Source: Candidatus Hydrogenedentota bacterium
GTDB lineage: Bacteria > Hydrogenedentota > Hydrogenedentia > Hydrogenedentales > SLHB01
DNA: 64,000 bases
NCBI GenBank assembly: GCA_963668025.2
Contig: CAXXTH010000019.1
Location: 96,001-160,000, forward strand
Direction: 5' to 3'
Shown one piece after another: positions 46,032 through 55,420 of the stretch. Made by a program: the position numbers and the translations under genes. Below the pieces are notes generated by a model that was not told where the DNA came from, searched no databases, and worked only from the letters and a program-made list of their open reading frames with translations. Each line of letters opens with the position of its first letter. Position 1 is the first letter of the stretch.

Positions 46032-47723
46032 CCTAAAAAAGGCAGTAGGAACTTGCTTTGGGATTTTTCCAGCCCAATTTTGTAAAGAAATAACTGTCCT
46101 GTCCCGCTCTTTACGTTGGCGCCGGCAGCAGGTTGGGGGTGGCCAGCGGCCTTCCCTCGAGTATTTTGGCGAAGATCCGGCTGAGGATCGTCCGCCATCG
46201 TTCGTTCCAGTTCAACTGCCGCGCAGTTGCTTTCATCTCCAATAAAAAGGCGTTTACGGATTTCAGAACTTGTTCCATAGCATGTCCTTGCGCATGCACG
46301 GGGGTGATGGTGAGCGTGGTTTGGCCTCCGTGGCGGGTCTGCTGTCCCACGCCGTAGAGCAGCAGAGGGCGGCTCGTGATCGCTTCGGCGTGGCGCTCCG
46401 GAATCGCCAAGCGCACGTACAAAGACCACCAATTGTAAATCAGGGCTATGATTCGCGCCATGATTTGGCAGCGCTTCATATCGTGGGTGGTATACCCGCC
46501 CCACCCCCACTGGTTTTTCTGTTCATCGTAGATGTTTTCCGCATCGCCCCGGTCGCGATAATGCTGGGCCAAGGCCGATAGGGGGTCTGTCAGCGAAGTG
46601 GCCAGCAGCGCGTATTCATACTGCTGCACGGCTCCCGCTTGGATCTCGATGAGCTGTAGTTGGGGGGAGGGGTCAGGCAATAGCGGCTCCGTTTCCAGAA
46701 CGATACTCCCTTTGAGCTTGCGCCGCAGAACGATTACCCGGCGTTTGCTCGTCCATCCCATAAGCTCCAGACGGTCTTCCAAACCTTCCCAGCCTTGGCC
46801 TGCTGGCGTCCAGTCCTTAGAACAAAAGGCCTGCTGGATAAGCCGTTTCACGTTGCTGGTCTGCCGCAATTTGAACAGATAGGGCACTCCGCGCGCTTCG
46901 GCTTCGCTCATGTCGCGTTCGTTGCCGAAGGCGCAGTCGCCGCGAATCATGCCCGGCCAGGCCGCGCGCGGCAAGCCATCGAGAAAATGCCACAATCCAG
47001 GCATGGTGTATTTCGCCGCCGTCTCGTTGCCCGGCCGGACTTCCACGTCCAGCACCAAGCGCGTGTTCGCCATAAAATAGGTATGCAGCACATGAGAAGG
47101 ACGGCCCTGTTTCGCCGGATTGTAGCCCAGCACGGCCCCTTCTTGATGGCCGAACAGGGGCTTCACGCTTGTATCCACGTCCAAAATCCAAGGCTCATAA
47201 AGCAACGGCTCATAACAGCGGCGCAGGTGCTTCTGTAGCCAGCCCGCGCAGGCTTCCCCGTCCGCCAGTATAAATGCCCGCCGCGCCGAGGAGGCGCTCA
47301 TGATCTTGCTCATACCCAGCAAGCCCGGGTTCACCGCGTCGTAACGGACCGCGTCAATGTGCGCATAGCGGGTGTGGCCCGCCAGCACTGATAAAAATAG
47401 CGTGCCCAGCACATCCCTCTTGCGCGGCGCATTATTGCTGGCGTACGCCAGCGGACAGTCCTCCACCCACGCTTCAAAAAGCTCCGCCGTCTTGAGAAAA
47501 TCGATAAAGAACGCCAACTGGCCAAACGGCGTCGTTGCCGCCTCCCGGTCCCATTCCACATGCACCCGGCCCCCGTAGCTATCTACGAAAATCGGCGCCT
47601 CCAAAGACAACCATTCCTCCTCTCCCAATGGGGGAGCATCTTGCTGTTGCGATTCTGTTTCCATGTTCTTTATCTTGAACTACTTCCAGCTCGACACTCA
47701 AGATTCAACTGGCGTTTTTAGGG
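46032..47723 (-). mobile_element. IS1380-family element, copy 2 (1692 bp)
   Basis: Same termini and orientation as copy 1, with a few SNPs. Confidence 0.9.
46111..47664 (-). CDS. IS1380-family DDE transposase
   Basis: 517 aa; differs from copy 1 at two visible residues (EVKA/EMKA, LLSA/LLPA). Confidence 0.92.
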   Translation of the reverse strand: METESQQQDAPPLGEEEWLSLEAPIFVDSYGGRVHVEWDREAATTPFGQLAFFIDFLKTAELFEAWVEDCPLAYASNNAPRKRDVLGTLFLSVLAGHTRYAHIDAVRYDAVNPGLLGMSKIMSASSARRAFILADGEACAGWLQKHLRRCYEPLLYEPWILDVDTSVKPLFGHQEGAVLGYNPAKQGRPSHVLHTYFMANTRLVLDVEVRPGNETAAKYTMPGLWHFLDGLPRAAWPGMIRGDCAFGNERDMSEAEARGVPYLFKLRQTSNVKRLIQQAFCSKDWTPAGQGWEGLEDRLELMGWTSKRRVIVLRRKLKGSIVLETEPLLPDPSPQLQLIEIQAGAVQQYEYALLATSLTDPLSALAQHYRDRGDAENIYDEQKNQWGWGGYTTHDMKRCQIMARIIALIYNWWSLYVRLAIPERHAEAITSRPLLLYGVGQQTRHGGQTTLTITPVHAQGHAMEQVLKSVNAFLLEMKATARQLNWNERWRTILSRIFAKILEGRPLATPNLLPAPT

Positions 47724-47724
47724 T

Positions 47725-48720
47725 CATACATTAGGGAGTTTCATCGGCGAGATATACGAACCATGGGCAGGAACAAACCGGAAAGCGGGACTACATACTG
47801 CCCGCCGTGTTCATGCTGCGTTTGAATCTATTCTCAATCTAGAGCTTGAAACAATAACTCCATGGCATATTGAGAAATGGCGTAGCGCTCGGGCTCAGAA
47901 CAGCGGCCGCCGCTCCCATGGAAACCGAGATCTCGCATGTCTGAAATCCGTGCTCAATAAAGCCAAGGAATGGGGCTATATCAACGAGAATCCAATACGT
48001 GATGTGCGTCTTGCCCGGCAAGACAAGAGCATTGTTGCCAAAATTCGTATCATCAGTACTGAAGAAGAAAACCGATTGTGGGCAGTAATACGCCATCGAG
48101 AAGATGAGATTCGGCGCCATCGCGCATCGCATAATCTTTGGCTTCGTGCCCGTGGATTTGAAGAACGCCAAGATCTAAGTAAATGCGAATTCGCAGACTT
48201 TCTGCGCCCCATGCTGATAATCATCTTGAATTGCGGATTGCGAAGAAGTGAAGCATTTCTAATCGAATGGGGAGACATGGATTTTCAAGTATGTACTTTG
48301 GCTATACGGGGCGAGATAGCCAAAAGTGGACAGACTCGGGTAATACCATTGAACACAGTAGCAATGGAAACCTTCACCGCGTGGCGTACCCAGAGTCCCG
48401 GTGGAGATGATTCTGTTGTATTTCCAAATCCAGAGACAGGACAACCATTCACCACGATCACCAAGACATGGCATCAGATGCGCAAGGCTGCCGGATTGCC
48501 CATGCTTAGGCTTCATGATTTACGTCATACTTTTTGTTCCCGCTTATTGGCTGCCGGTGCGGATTTACAGACCGTTCGAGAGCTTGCCGGACATACGAGC
48601 ATATCTACCACCGCGATATGTTTACACTCCACGCAAGACCGCAAGCGCGTTGCCGTGGAAGCACTAAGCCGCCCATCGAAGATAATCGATTTTGAGGCGC
48701 ACAGGGAAAATCATGCATGA
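47725..48720 (+). pseudogene. Tyrosine integrase, 5'-truncated by IS1380, catalytic Tyr apparently replaced by Cys
   Basis: Frame open from the IS end (HTLGSFIGEIYEPW...); GLRRSE, KSG, HDLRHTF, LAGH, then TTAICLH. Confidence 0.85.
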
Positions 48721-48960
48721 ACGAAATAGCACCCATTGAAAACATCGAAGCGTTATCCAAACCATACGCGGCGCGCGCGCGCTCCTCGATGCGGACCTTG
48801 CCGAATTGTACGGAACGGATACGCGTTCACTCGTGCAAGCTATCAAACGCAATGAGGAACGGTTCCCGAAAGATTTTATGTTTGTCCTTACACGCCAAGA
48901 GGTTACGGCTTTGAGATCACAAACTGTGATCGCAAACGCGGATGAACGAAACGCGAAGGA
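48717..48960 (+). pseudogene. ORF6N-domain protein, frameshifted and truncated
   Basis: IRGARALLDADLAELYG...QAIKRNEERFPKDFMFVLT lies in a different frame from the start MNEIAPIENIE. Confidence 0.8.
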
Positions 48961-48968
48961 GATACACC

Positions 48969-49244
48969 ATGACGAACCGCTTCGAAGGCGAAGAAATCAA
49001 GCCCGACAAACTGTACACACGCTCACAAGTGTGCATGCGCCTCAACATCCGCTACAGCTCCGTCGAATCACTCATCAAATCCGGCGCAATCCGCGAAGTC
49101 CCCTTACCCGGCTACAAAACCACACGCATCACCGGCGTAAGCGTCCTTAAATGGCTCGAAGGCCCACCACAACCCGAAAAACGCATCCCAACCATAGAAG
49201 AAGTTCGCGCCTCGTGGGCGCATCGTTTAGGAGCAAAGCCATGA
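48969..49244 (+). CDS. Excisionase-like HTH protein
   Basis: AAGGAG RBS; LYTRSQVCMRLNI..SVESLIKSGAI...TRITGVSVLKWL. Confidence 0.7.
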   Translation: MTNRFEGEEIKPDKLYTRSQVCMRLNIRYSSVESLIKSGAIREVPLPGYKTTRITGVSVLKWLEGPPQPEKRIPTIEEVRASWAHRLGAKP

Positions 49245-49446
49245 CACGCGAAGAATTCAAACAACTTAGCCGACGGCTGGCTGAAGTTCAGCACACGCCA
49301 TCATAACGGCATGACCCGGCCATCGTGGCCGGTGAAAGCATAAAAGGCCCCTGAGTGTCGTAAGCACCCAGAGGCCGATGCGAGCAGCGGATTTAGAGGC
49401 TCCGCCGTCCGTAGAAGTATACCCGCCTCCGTAAGGAAAACGCACT

Positions 49447-49701
49447 ATGCCTACCAATCAGACCAAACCTGTCCCTACAAATCCGCCCGCCTATGTGCTC
49501 GACTTCTGCCGAATCTGGCTAGATAAGGATGGCTGGGGTCCCGACCAGGAAAACGACGACTTCTACAACCAGCTCTGCCCGTCATGCGGATGCAAGCTGA
49601 CGCCGATGGGAGCGCCGGTACGGTTCTGCTCGTATTGCGGGACAGAACTCGATATCGCGGAAGCCACCCTGCATGACGGTTGTAAAACGGGAAAGGAGTG
49701 A
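49447..49701 (+). CDS. Small Zn-ribbon protein
   Basis: CPSCG...FCSYCG; AAGGA RBS. Confidence 0.6.
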   Translation: MPTNQTKPVPTNPPAYVLDFCRIWLDKDGWGPDQENDDFYNQLCPSCGCKLTPMGAPVRFCSYCGTELDIAEATLHDGCKTGKE

Positions 49702-50138
49702 GTGACATGGCTCCGGTACGAGAAATCAGCCTGGCCGAGAAAGCCTATCTCGCCGCATTGGGCGAGCAGCACCATGGCGACTCACTTCACTTCCTCCGGC
49801 CCGCTATCGAGGCCCGGGCACTCATACAGAAAATTCTGGAAGTCGAGGCAGGACCGCTTATGCTCAAGAAGATCTGGGACGACGGAGAGTTCGTGTACTT
49901 TGAAACACCGGAAGGGATACTCCTGTTTCACGAGAACGGCAAACTAATTGTCCGAGGCGTGAACGGTGAATCCATCGAGGTGGCGCGTCTAGCGGACTTA
50001 GGTGCGTGTATTCCCTTGGCGTTCGCCTTAGAGGCGTCCAAACCCGACCCTGGCTGGGGAGTGGAACCTAAGAAAGACAAAACGCCGCTTAATCTGCGTG
50101 GACGCCAACGCATGAATCGCGTTACACTTCACCCATGA
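49698..50138 (+). CDS. Hypothetical protein
   Basis: AAGGAG RBS; GTGA overlap with the upstream gene. Confidence 0.55.
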   Translation: MSDMAPVREISLAEKAYLAALGEQHHGDSLHFLRPAIEARALIQKILEVEAGPLMLKKIWDDGEFVYFETPEGILLFHENGKLIVRGVNGESIEVARLADLGACIPLAFALEASKPDPGWGVEPKKDKTPLNLRGRQRMNRVTLHP

Positions 50139-50251
50139 CGGGTAGCCGGTAGCCGATTGCAACGGCCCGGCGCACGGGTCGGCCGAAAGTAAGCACCTCG
50201 ATCCTCCGCTGAAATCGGCCGACCCGGCCCATCCCCCAGGAGGATCTGAAT

Positions 50252-50812
50252 ATGACAAAGCGTTGCAAAAATTCCAAACCAACAATCGAAAACGTTCCCG
50301 TTGATGATGCACCTTCGGAAAATGAACTCGACACCGACATTGATTTCAATCCCCTGCGTGATGAACGCTTGTTGAAATCGTGGTGTAGACGCCACCTGTC
50401 TCATACACCTTGGACCGTTGATGAGGTCGCAGCGCTTGCCCTTATGTGTGAAAACCTAAACTCCCAGACTTATGTCTTGATGCTTACCGACAGTTTGAAT
50501 TCGGATGAGTGGGATTTTCGTGAAATTGTTCGAGATGATTTGTATAAAAACCTGGAACGTGATCGCTGTGTTTTTGGCGTTGGGGTGCCGCCTAAAGCTG
50601 TTATCAAGCCATATGACGCACTGGTATTTTTAGGGGAATATGGTACAGATATTCCTGACTGGCTCGACACCCGTTTCCCCGCGCCGCTCCCCGCATCTTC
50701 CATGGAGCAAGTAGTTCCAGCGCAAACGGAACCAGCGCTTTCTGAAGATCAGAAACTCGCCCTTGAGCGTGGCGAGAAAGTCAGAGCAGGTGCAAGTGAG
50801 GGGGTCGTATAA
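50252..50812 (+). CDS. Hypothetical protein (3' end possibly frameshifted)
   Basis: AGGAGG RBS; 186-aa ORF. Confidence 0.55.
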   Translation: MTKRCKNSKPTIENVPVDDAPSENELDTDIDFNPLRDERLLKSWCRRHLSHTPWTVDEVAALALMCENLNSQTYVLMLTDSLNSDEWDFREIVRDDLYKNLERDRCVFGVGVPPKAVIKPYDALVFLGEYGTDIPDWLDTRFPAPLPASSMEQVVPAQTEPALSEDQKLALERGEKVRAGASEGVV

Positions 50813-50971
50813 GAAAGGAGAAAACCGTCAAGACACGCGAAGATATTCAAACGGATGCCGAGATCTTACGTAAAAAAATCCCACCCTTAGTGATCGTGAT
50901 ATTGGGTGAATGCTTTGCAAAAAATACGATTGTTCTGAAAAAACTATTCGGCGCCATATAAAATCTTAGGG

Positions 50972-51056
50972 TGGGACAGATCCCCGGTTTGTCCCACGTA
51001 AACTCTTTCATAATAGCCATTTATACTATTTGGGACACATCCCGCCACTTGTCCCG
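50972..51056. promoter_or_regulatory. Two inverted-repeat operator-like sites
   Basis: GTGGGACA...TGTCCCAC and TGGGACA...TGTCCCG upstream of an HTH gene. Confidence 0.5.
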
Positions 51057-51130
51057 CCATCTTATGTCAAACTCTTGACGTAATCGAGGGGCGCACAAAG
51101 CGCCAGCGAAAAACGTCAGGGGTACGGAAC

Positions 51131-51388
51131 ATGCAAAACGATCAAACGCCTCAACTCGTGGACACAAAAACAGCGGCGAGAATTCTCAACGTTTCTCCGA
51201 ACTATCTACGCAAACGTCGATTTGAAGGTTTTCTGCCTGGCCATTTGAATCTGCCGTATATCGTTGTTGGACGTTCAGTAAAATATCGGCTCGACGATCT
51301 CCGAGATTTCATCGAGTCGAATCGTGTGATGCCCACAGATCCGTGTGAGCAAATTCAAAAACACAGTTGCAAAGGCGGTCGGCGATGA
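51131..51388 (+). CDS. AlpA/Xis-type HTH protein
   Basis: LVDTKTAARILNVSPNYLRKRR...LPYIVVGRSVKYRLDDLRDFIE. Confidence 0.85.
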   Translation: MQNDQTPQLVDTKTAARILNVSPNYLRKRRFEGFLPGHLNLPYIVVGRSVKYRLDDLRDFIESNRVMPTDPCEQIQKHSCKGGRR

Positions 51389-51969
51389 GGACGCGAGCAA
51401 TAAGATATAGACGAATTTCCACTGCGATATGGTCTGACCGGAAATTCAGGACGCTCAGTGATGACGGCAAGTTAGTTCTTCTACACCTCCTAACGCATCC
51501 GGGAATGACCAGTTTAGGCATTATGCGGGCTAACACTCCCGGACTGGCGTATGAAATGGGCTGGCCTCAAGAACGCTACATGGAAGCCTTCGAGGAAGTC
51601 TTACACCAAGGCTTGATTGAAACAGAAGAGGGGCTTTCAATAATTCGTGCACCCAGATTCCTCCGGCACAATCCGCCCGAGAGTCCGAACGTCGTGCGAA
51701 GCTGGACAAAACTCCTACCAGATTTACCCGAAAGCGATTTACTCGAAAGGCATATCGCGGACACGCACACTTTCTTGAAAGACTTCGGGGAAGCCTTCGC
51801 GGAAGTCTTGGCTGAAGCCTTCGGGGATGAAGCGCCCCACCCTTCCCTTAATCCCGATCCCTTTCCCTTACCCGAAAAGGGGAAGGGAAGGAATGTTCGA
51901 GCTTCAAATAAGCCGGTCGTAGCCAAAGGCACAAAACCGTTGATTGTTTTCGACAAGGATGACGACTAG
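51385..51969 (+). CDS. Phage replication-initiator N-terminal-like protein
   Basis: YRRISTAIWSDRKFRTLSDDGKLVLLHLLTHP...LAYEMGW...FLRHNPPESPN. Confidence 0.7.
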   Translation: MRTRAIRYRRISTAIWSDRKFRTLSDDGKLVLLHLLTHPGMTSLGIMRANTPGLAYEMGWPQERYMEAFEEVLHQGLIETEEGLSIIRAPRFLRHNPPESPNVVRSWTKLLPDLPESDLLERHIADTHTFLKDFGEAFAEVLAEAFGDEAPHPSLNPDPFPLPEKGKGRNVRASNKPVVAKGTKPLIVFDKDDD

Positions 51970-52475
51970 TGAACGAGGAAACCAAAACACCATTAGCAGC
52001 CAGCCTCACCCGCGCTATGACGCGATTGAAGGTAGCGATGAACGCCAGGACGCCCGAGGCTAAGAAGGCGGCAGAAGAGAGTTACGCCACGTGGCTCAGG
52101 GAACACGAGGAGCGCGAACGCCGCGCGCTTGAGTGGTATAAAGACAATTTCTCGGACAGCGGCAGGAAAACCAGAAAGCGAGCCGCTCCGCAAGAGAAAA
52201 ACGCTGCAATTGAACTCGCCAGCGAACTGGAAGCGCTCGCAACATCCGGCGACCCGGACCAGGCGGATGCCATAACCGAGACCATTGCGAAAGCTATAAG
52301 GCGGCGGTTTCGACTGCCTGTGGCGACCTTCCACGGATCGATTGTGGCAAAGTGCGTAAACCAAAATGGTCTCTCGGAGACCGCCGAGGCCGCCATGGCA
52401 CTGATCCGCCCAGCGGACGTTTCGAATATCTCTGACCCTTGGGGGCTGATGGAGCACAAGGCTAGGACATACTAG
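51969..52475 (+). CDS. Hypothetical protein
   Basis: Abuts the upstream stop codon; 168 aa, helical. Confidence 0.55.
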   Translation: MNEETKTPLAASLTRAMTRLKVAMNARTPEAKKAAEESYATWLREHEERERRALEWYKDNFSDSGRKTRKRAAPQEKNAAIELASELEALATSGDPDQADAITETIAKAIRRRFRLPVATFHGSIVAKCVNQNGLSETAEAAMALIRPADVSNISDPWGLMEHKARTY

Positions 52476-52802
52476 GACATACGGGGATGCCTAACTTAAA
52501 AAATCCAAACACAATGCCCAAGACTCCGTCCCCCGCGTTCCCACTGCGCGCGCGCGAGGGGCTGGGAGAGCGGGGATTAATCCCATGAATTTTCACGATT
52601 AGTGAATGTAGGAAGGAAAACGAAAATGATACCACCTGAAGAGATTTTAGACGACGTGCGGAAAGAGTGTGCGGAATCCTATGTGGAGGCACTGGCCACG
52701 ATTCAGGTAGGGACTTAGGAGTCGCGTCAAAATAACTTACCGATTTTCTCCCACCACTCGGAAAGAAAGCGGTAATTCCTATCGCCATGAAAATTGCGTT
52801 GA

Positions 52803-53174
52803 ATGCGAAAAAATAGTCAAGTTATTTTGACGCGCCTCCTTAGGGGACGAATATCCCCGGCCCAGGTCGCGGCGGCACAAGCTATTCTGAATTACGCCAC
52901 ACAACCGGTGAGCCAGAAGGAGGAAAAGACCGTACGGGTAACGAAGCAAAAAGGTGAAGCGATTGAACAAGAAATATCTCGGCTACGAGGTCGGAATAAA
53001 GTCGACCGGGAGGTACGCCGAGATGTTTTGCAAATATTGCCCGAGATCACCGACAAGACCGAGTATATGCGCCTCGTGGGTTGCATCATGATGCTTGAAG
53101 AGGAAATATCGAAGCGTAGCGCCACGGTGAGGTTGCTGTCGTTCGAGCGGCAAGAGCAGGAGTGCCGGGCATGA
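52803..53174 (+). CDS. Hypothetical protein
   Basis: Starts a chain of ATGA-coupled ORFs. Confidence 0.5.
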   Translation: MRKNSQVILTRLLRGRISPAQVAAAQAILNYATQPVSQKEEKTVRVTKQKGEAIEQEISRLRGRNKVDREVRRDVLQILPEITDKTEYMRLVGCIMMLEEEISKRSATVRLLSFERQEQECRA

Positions 53175-53377
53175 ATCTGGGATATGAATGTCAGCTTCAA
53201 AAACTCAGCGTCGAATTTGCACATAAGCTCGCTGCCAAAATCGAGAACGAGTGTGCAGGAAGAAGCGATGCGGAGGCCATTACCCGTGTGGCGTTGGCAA
53301 AAAACGAGGCGACAAAGTCGCGGATGCTACTGGAACGGTGTGAGGAACTATGGTTCCGAAAGCAGATGGCGCAATGA
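53171..53377 (+). CDS. Hypothetical protein
   Basis: AGGAG RBS; ATGA overlaps at both ends. Confidence 0.5.
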   Translation: MNLGYECQLQKLSVEFAHKLAAKIENECAGRSDAEAITRVALAKNEATKSRMLLERCEELWFRKQMAQ

Positions 53378-53807
53378 ACCCACGAACTGCACACGTGGCG
53401 CGGTTGTGCTTCGCTGTTCAAAACCGCAACGTTGTGGCGGAAGCGCTCGGTGTTGGCCGGAAGTGGGTGGACGAAATCATGGCCCGCCCCGACGTTCGCG
53501 AATACCTCGCCGTGCTCGAGTCCGGCAAGCGGATGCATCCGCGACGTTTGATGATTTGCTGGCGAGATCCATTCAGATGCTTGAGGGTGTGTTGGATGAC
53601 CCCGATGCGCCGCTTGCTACGAAACTGAAGGCGGCGGAGATGGTGATGGACCGCCATCCGAGCGGTGAGTTTGCGAAGCATTCGAAGCAGGAGCGGAGAA
53701 CCCGCCGAACAGGTGCCTATGTCACGAGCGCGCAGATCGATAAGCTGAGTCATACTGCAGTGAAAAGGATGCTGAAAGGTAGCACTGATGAAAAAACAGC
53801 CGACTGA
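53374..53807 (+). pseudogene. HTH / terminase-small-subunit-like protein with a frameshift near 53530
   Basis: VAEALGVGRKWVDEIMARPDVREYL continues in another frame as ARSIQMLEGVLDDPDAPLATKLKAAEMVMDR. Confidence 0.55.
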
Positions 53808-54117
53808 TAGCAGGGCGGTCGTGAGCCCAAAGCTGAGAATATTGTGCCTGTTTCGCTCCTTGGGCCTGAGCATCCGCGAGGCCGCCGAGGCCGCGCACTA
53901 TGCCAGCGTGCAATCCGCGCACGCCTCGCTCCGGTCCCCCGCAGGCCGCGCCGAGCTGGCCCGGCTGCAAAGCGAGATCGAGGGAAAATACATCAAGATC
54001 GCGGTGATAGGTGACTTGCAGAAGGCCGGTATGCTCCCCCGCCCATGCACTCGCGGCGAAACATGCATGAACTACCGGCCAAAGCCCCAGGACACCCCCG
54101 CCGACCTCGGTGCCTGA
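53788..54117 (+). CDS. Terminase-small-subunit-like HTH protein
   Basis: SIREAAEAAHYASVQSAHASLRSPAGRAELARLQ resembles the TerS N-terminal pattern. Confidence 0.5.
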   Translation: MKKQPTDSRAVVSPKLRILCLFRSLGLSIREAAEAAHYASVQSAHASLRSPAGRAELARLQSEIEGKYIKIAVIGDLQKAGMLPRPCTRGETCMNYRPKPQDTPADLGA

Positions 54118-54255
54118 CATGCCCGCCCTCAGACGGTGCGAATTCGTTTACGTGCTGGCCGCCCTGCTACGATCTGCCATCAAGCCATCCCCCATTCATA
54201 CTGCTAAACCGCCCGCGTTGCTCTACGGGCATCCTGCGAAGCGGAGAGAGGGGCG

Positions 54256-54284
54256 TTGACGAAACTCTAAGCTTACGGTACGCT
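54256..54284 (+). promoter_or_regulatory. Sigma70-type promoter upstream of the rhuM-like gene
   Basis: TTGACG-17 bp-TACGCT. Confidence 0.5.
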
Positions 54285-54349
54285 ACGGCCATCCTCCCAC
54301 GTCCGTTGGAAAACACGAGGCCGCGAATACGATAAATGGAGATAACAAG

Positions 54350-55079
54350 ATGAGCGAACCAGACACCTCCCGCCCCGGCGGCGAAATGATCGTTTACCAG
54401 ACCGAAGACGGCCACAACCGGATTCTCGTCCGGCTGAAAGATGAAACTGTCTGGCTCACACAGAGTGCACTGGCAGACCTGTTTGACACAACCAAACAGA
54501 ACATAAGCCTTCATATTAAAAACATTTACGAAGAAAACGAGTTGCGGGAAGAATCAGTTGTCAAGGAATACTTGACAACTGCCGCCGATGGCAAACAGTA
54601 TCGAGTAAAGCATTATAGCCTCGAAACGGGATGCCGCCACGGCGAAAAACTATCTCGATGCAAAGGAAATCGACACACTCAACCGAATCACGGTCATGTT
54701 CCTCGACCAGGCCGAATTCCGCGCCCAGCGGCGGCAGGATATCCGCATACGCGATTGGGAAATGCTTCTCGACAAGTTTCTGGGCGATACGGAACTGCCG
54801 GTGCTCGACGGCCCAGGCTCCATCAGCCACCAAGCGGCCCAGAAATGGGCGTATCTGCAATACGGCGCTTTCGCGGAACGGCGGAGGCATACGGCGGAAG
54901 ACGAGGCCGAAAAACGGTATCTGGATGATCTGCGGAACTCCGCCAGGGAACTGGAATCGGAACGGAAGAAACCAGCCCCCCAAAAAACTCGGCGCGAAAA
55001 ACGCCGAATATCGCTGAGAATCCACCCTATTTCCACTGGCGGAGTTCATTCACCAGTGTGCGAAGAAACTGCTCGATGA
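54350..55079 (+). pseudogene. RhuM-family protein with an internal deletion/frameshift
   Basis: IVYQTEDG..ETVWLTQ..LADLFDTTKQNISLHIKNIYEENEL..TAADGKQY; resumes out of frame as AKNYLDAKEIDTLNRITVMFLDQAE. Confidence 0.85.
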
Positions 55080-55091
55080 TGCATCTTTTTT

Positions 55092-55230
55092 GTAACACTT
55101 TAGCCAAGTGGTGAAGAATGACCGACGCCCTCGTCGGTCATCAGATGGAAAATGATGTATTAATACCGGTGCAAGGTAATAAATAAGGCTGCCAAATACC
55201 AGATGCTACTTCAGTCGGCTAAAGTGTTAC
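55092..55230. mobile_element. MITE-like element, GTAACACTTTAGCC TIR family
   Basis: Perfect 14-bp TIR GTAACACTTTAGCC / GGCTAAAGTGTTAC; internal hairpin ATGACCGACG..CGTCGGTCAT. Confidence 0.75.
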
Positions 55231-55420
55231 TCTTTTCCGCATTGCGGACCTCTGTGTTCTCCGCGCATCCGCGTTAAAAATAACCGCCTTTATTGGGTTG
55301 TAAAGATACCAAGTATGATACAACAACCTTATCGGGCGATATGGGGCAACCTTGCTGGTTTGCGGCAAAACCGCGTCGTGATATAAGATGCCGCTTTATG
55401 GAAATAGGAGATTATAAGCC

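Larger units (their letters stand above)
47724..55079 (+). mobile_element. Decayed phage-satellite/integrative element
   Basis: Co-oriented integrase, ORF6N, two Xis/HTH genes, replication-initiator-like gene, TerS-like genes and rhuM; no capsid or tail genes; several frameshifts. Confidence 0.7.

Noticed and set aside
47725-48720. Integrase as the integron integrase for the attC array
   Set aside because: It lies 27 kb away within a phage-like module, and no IntI-specific insertion is evident.
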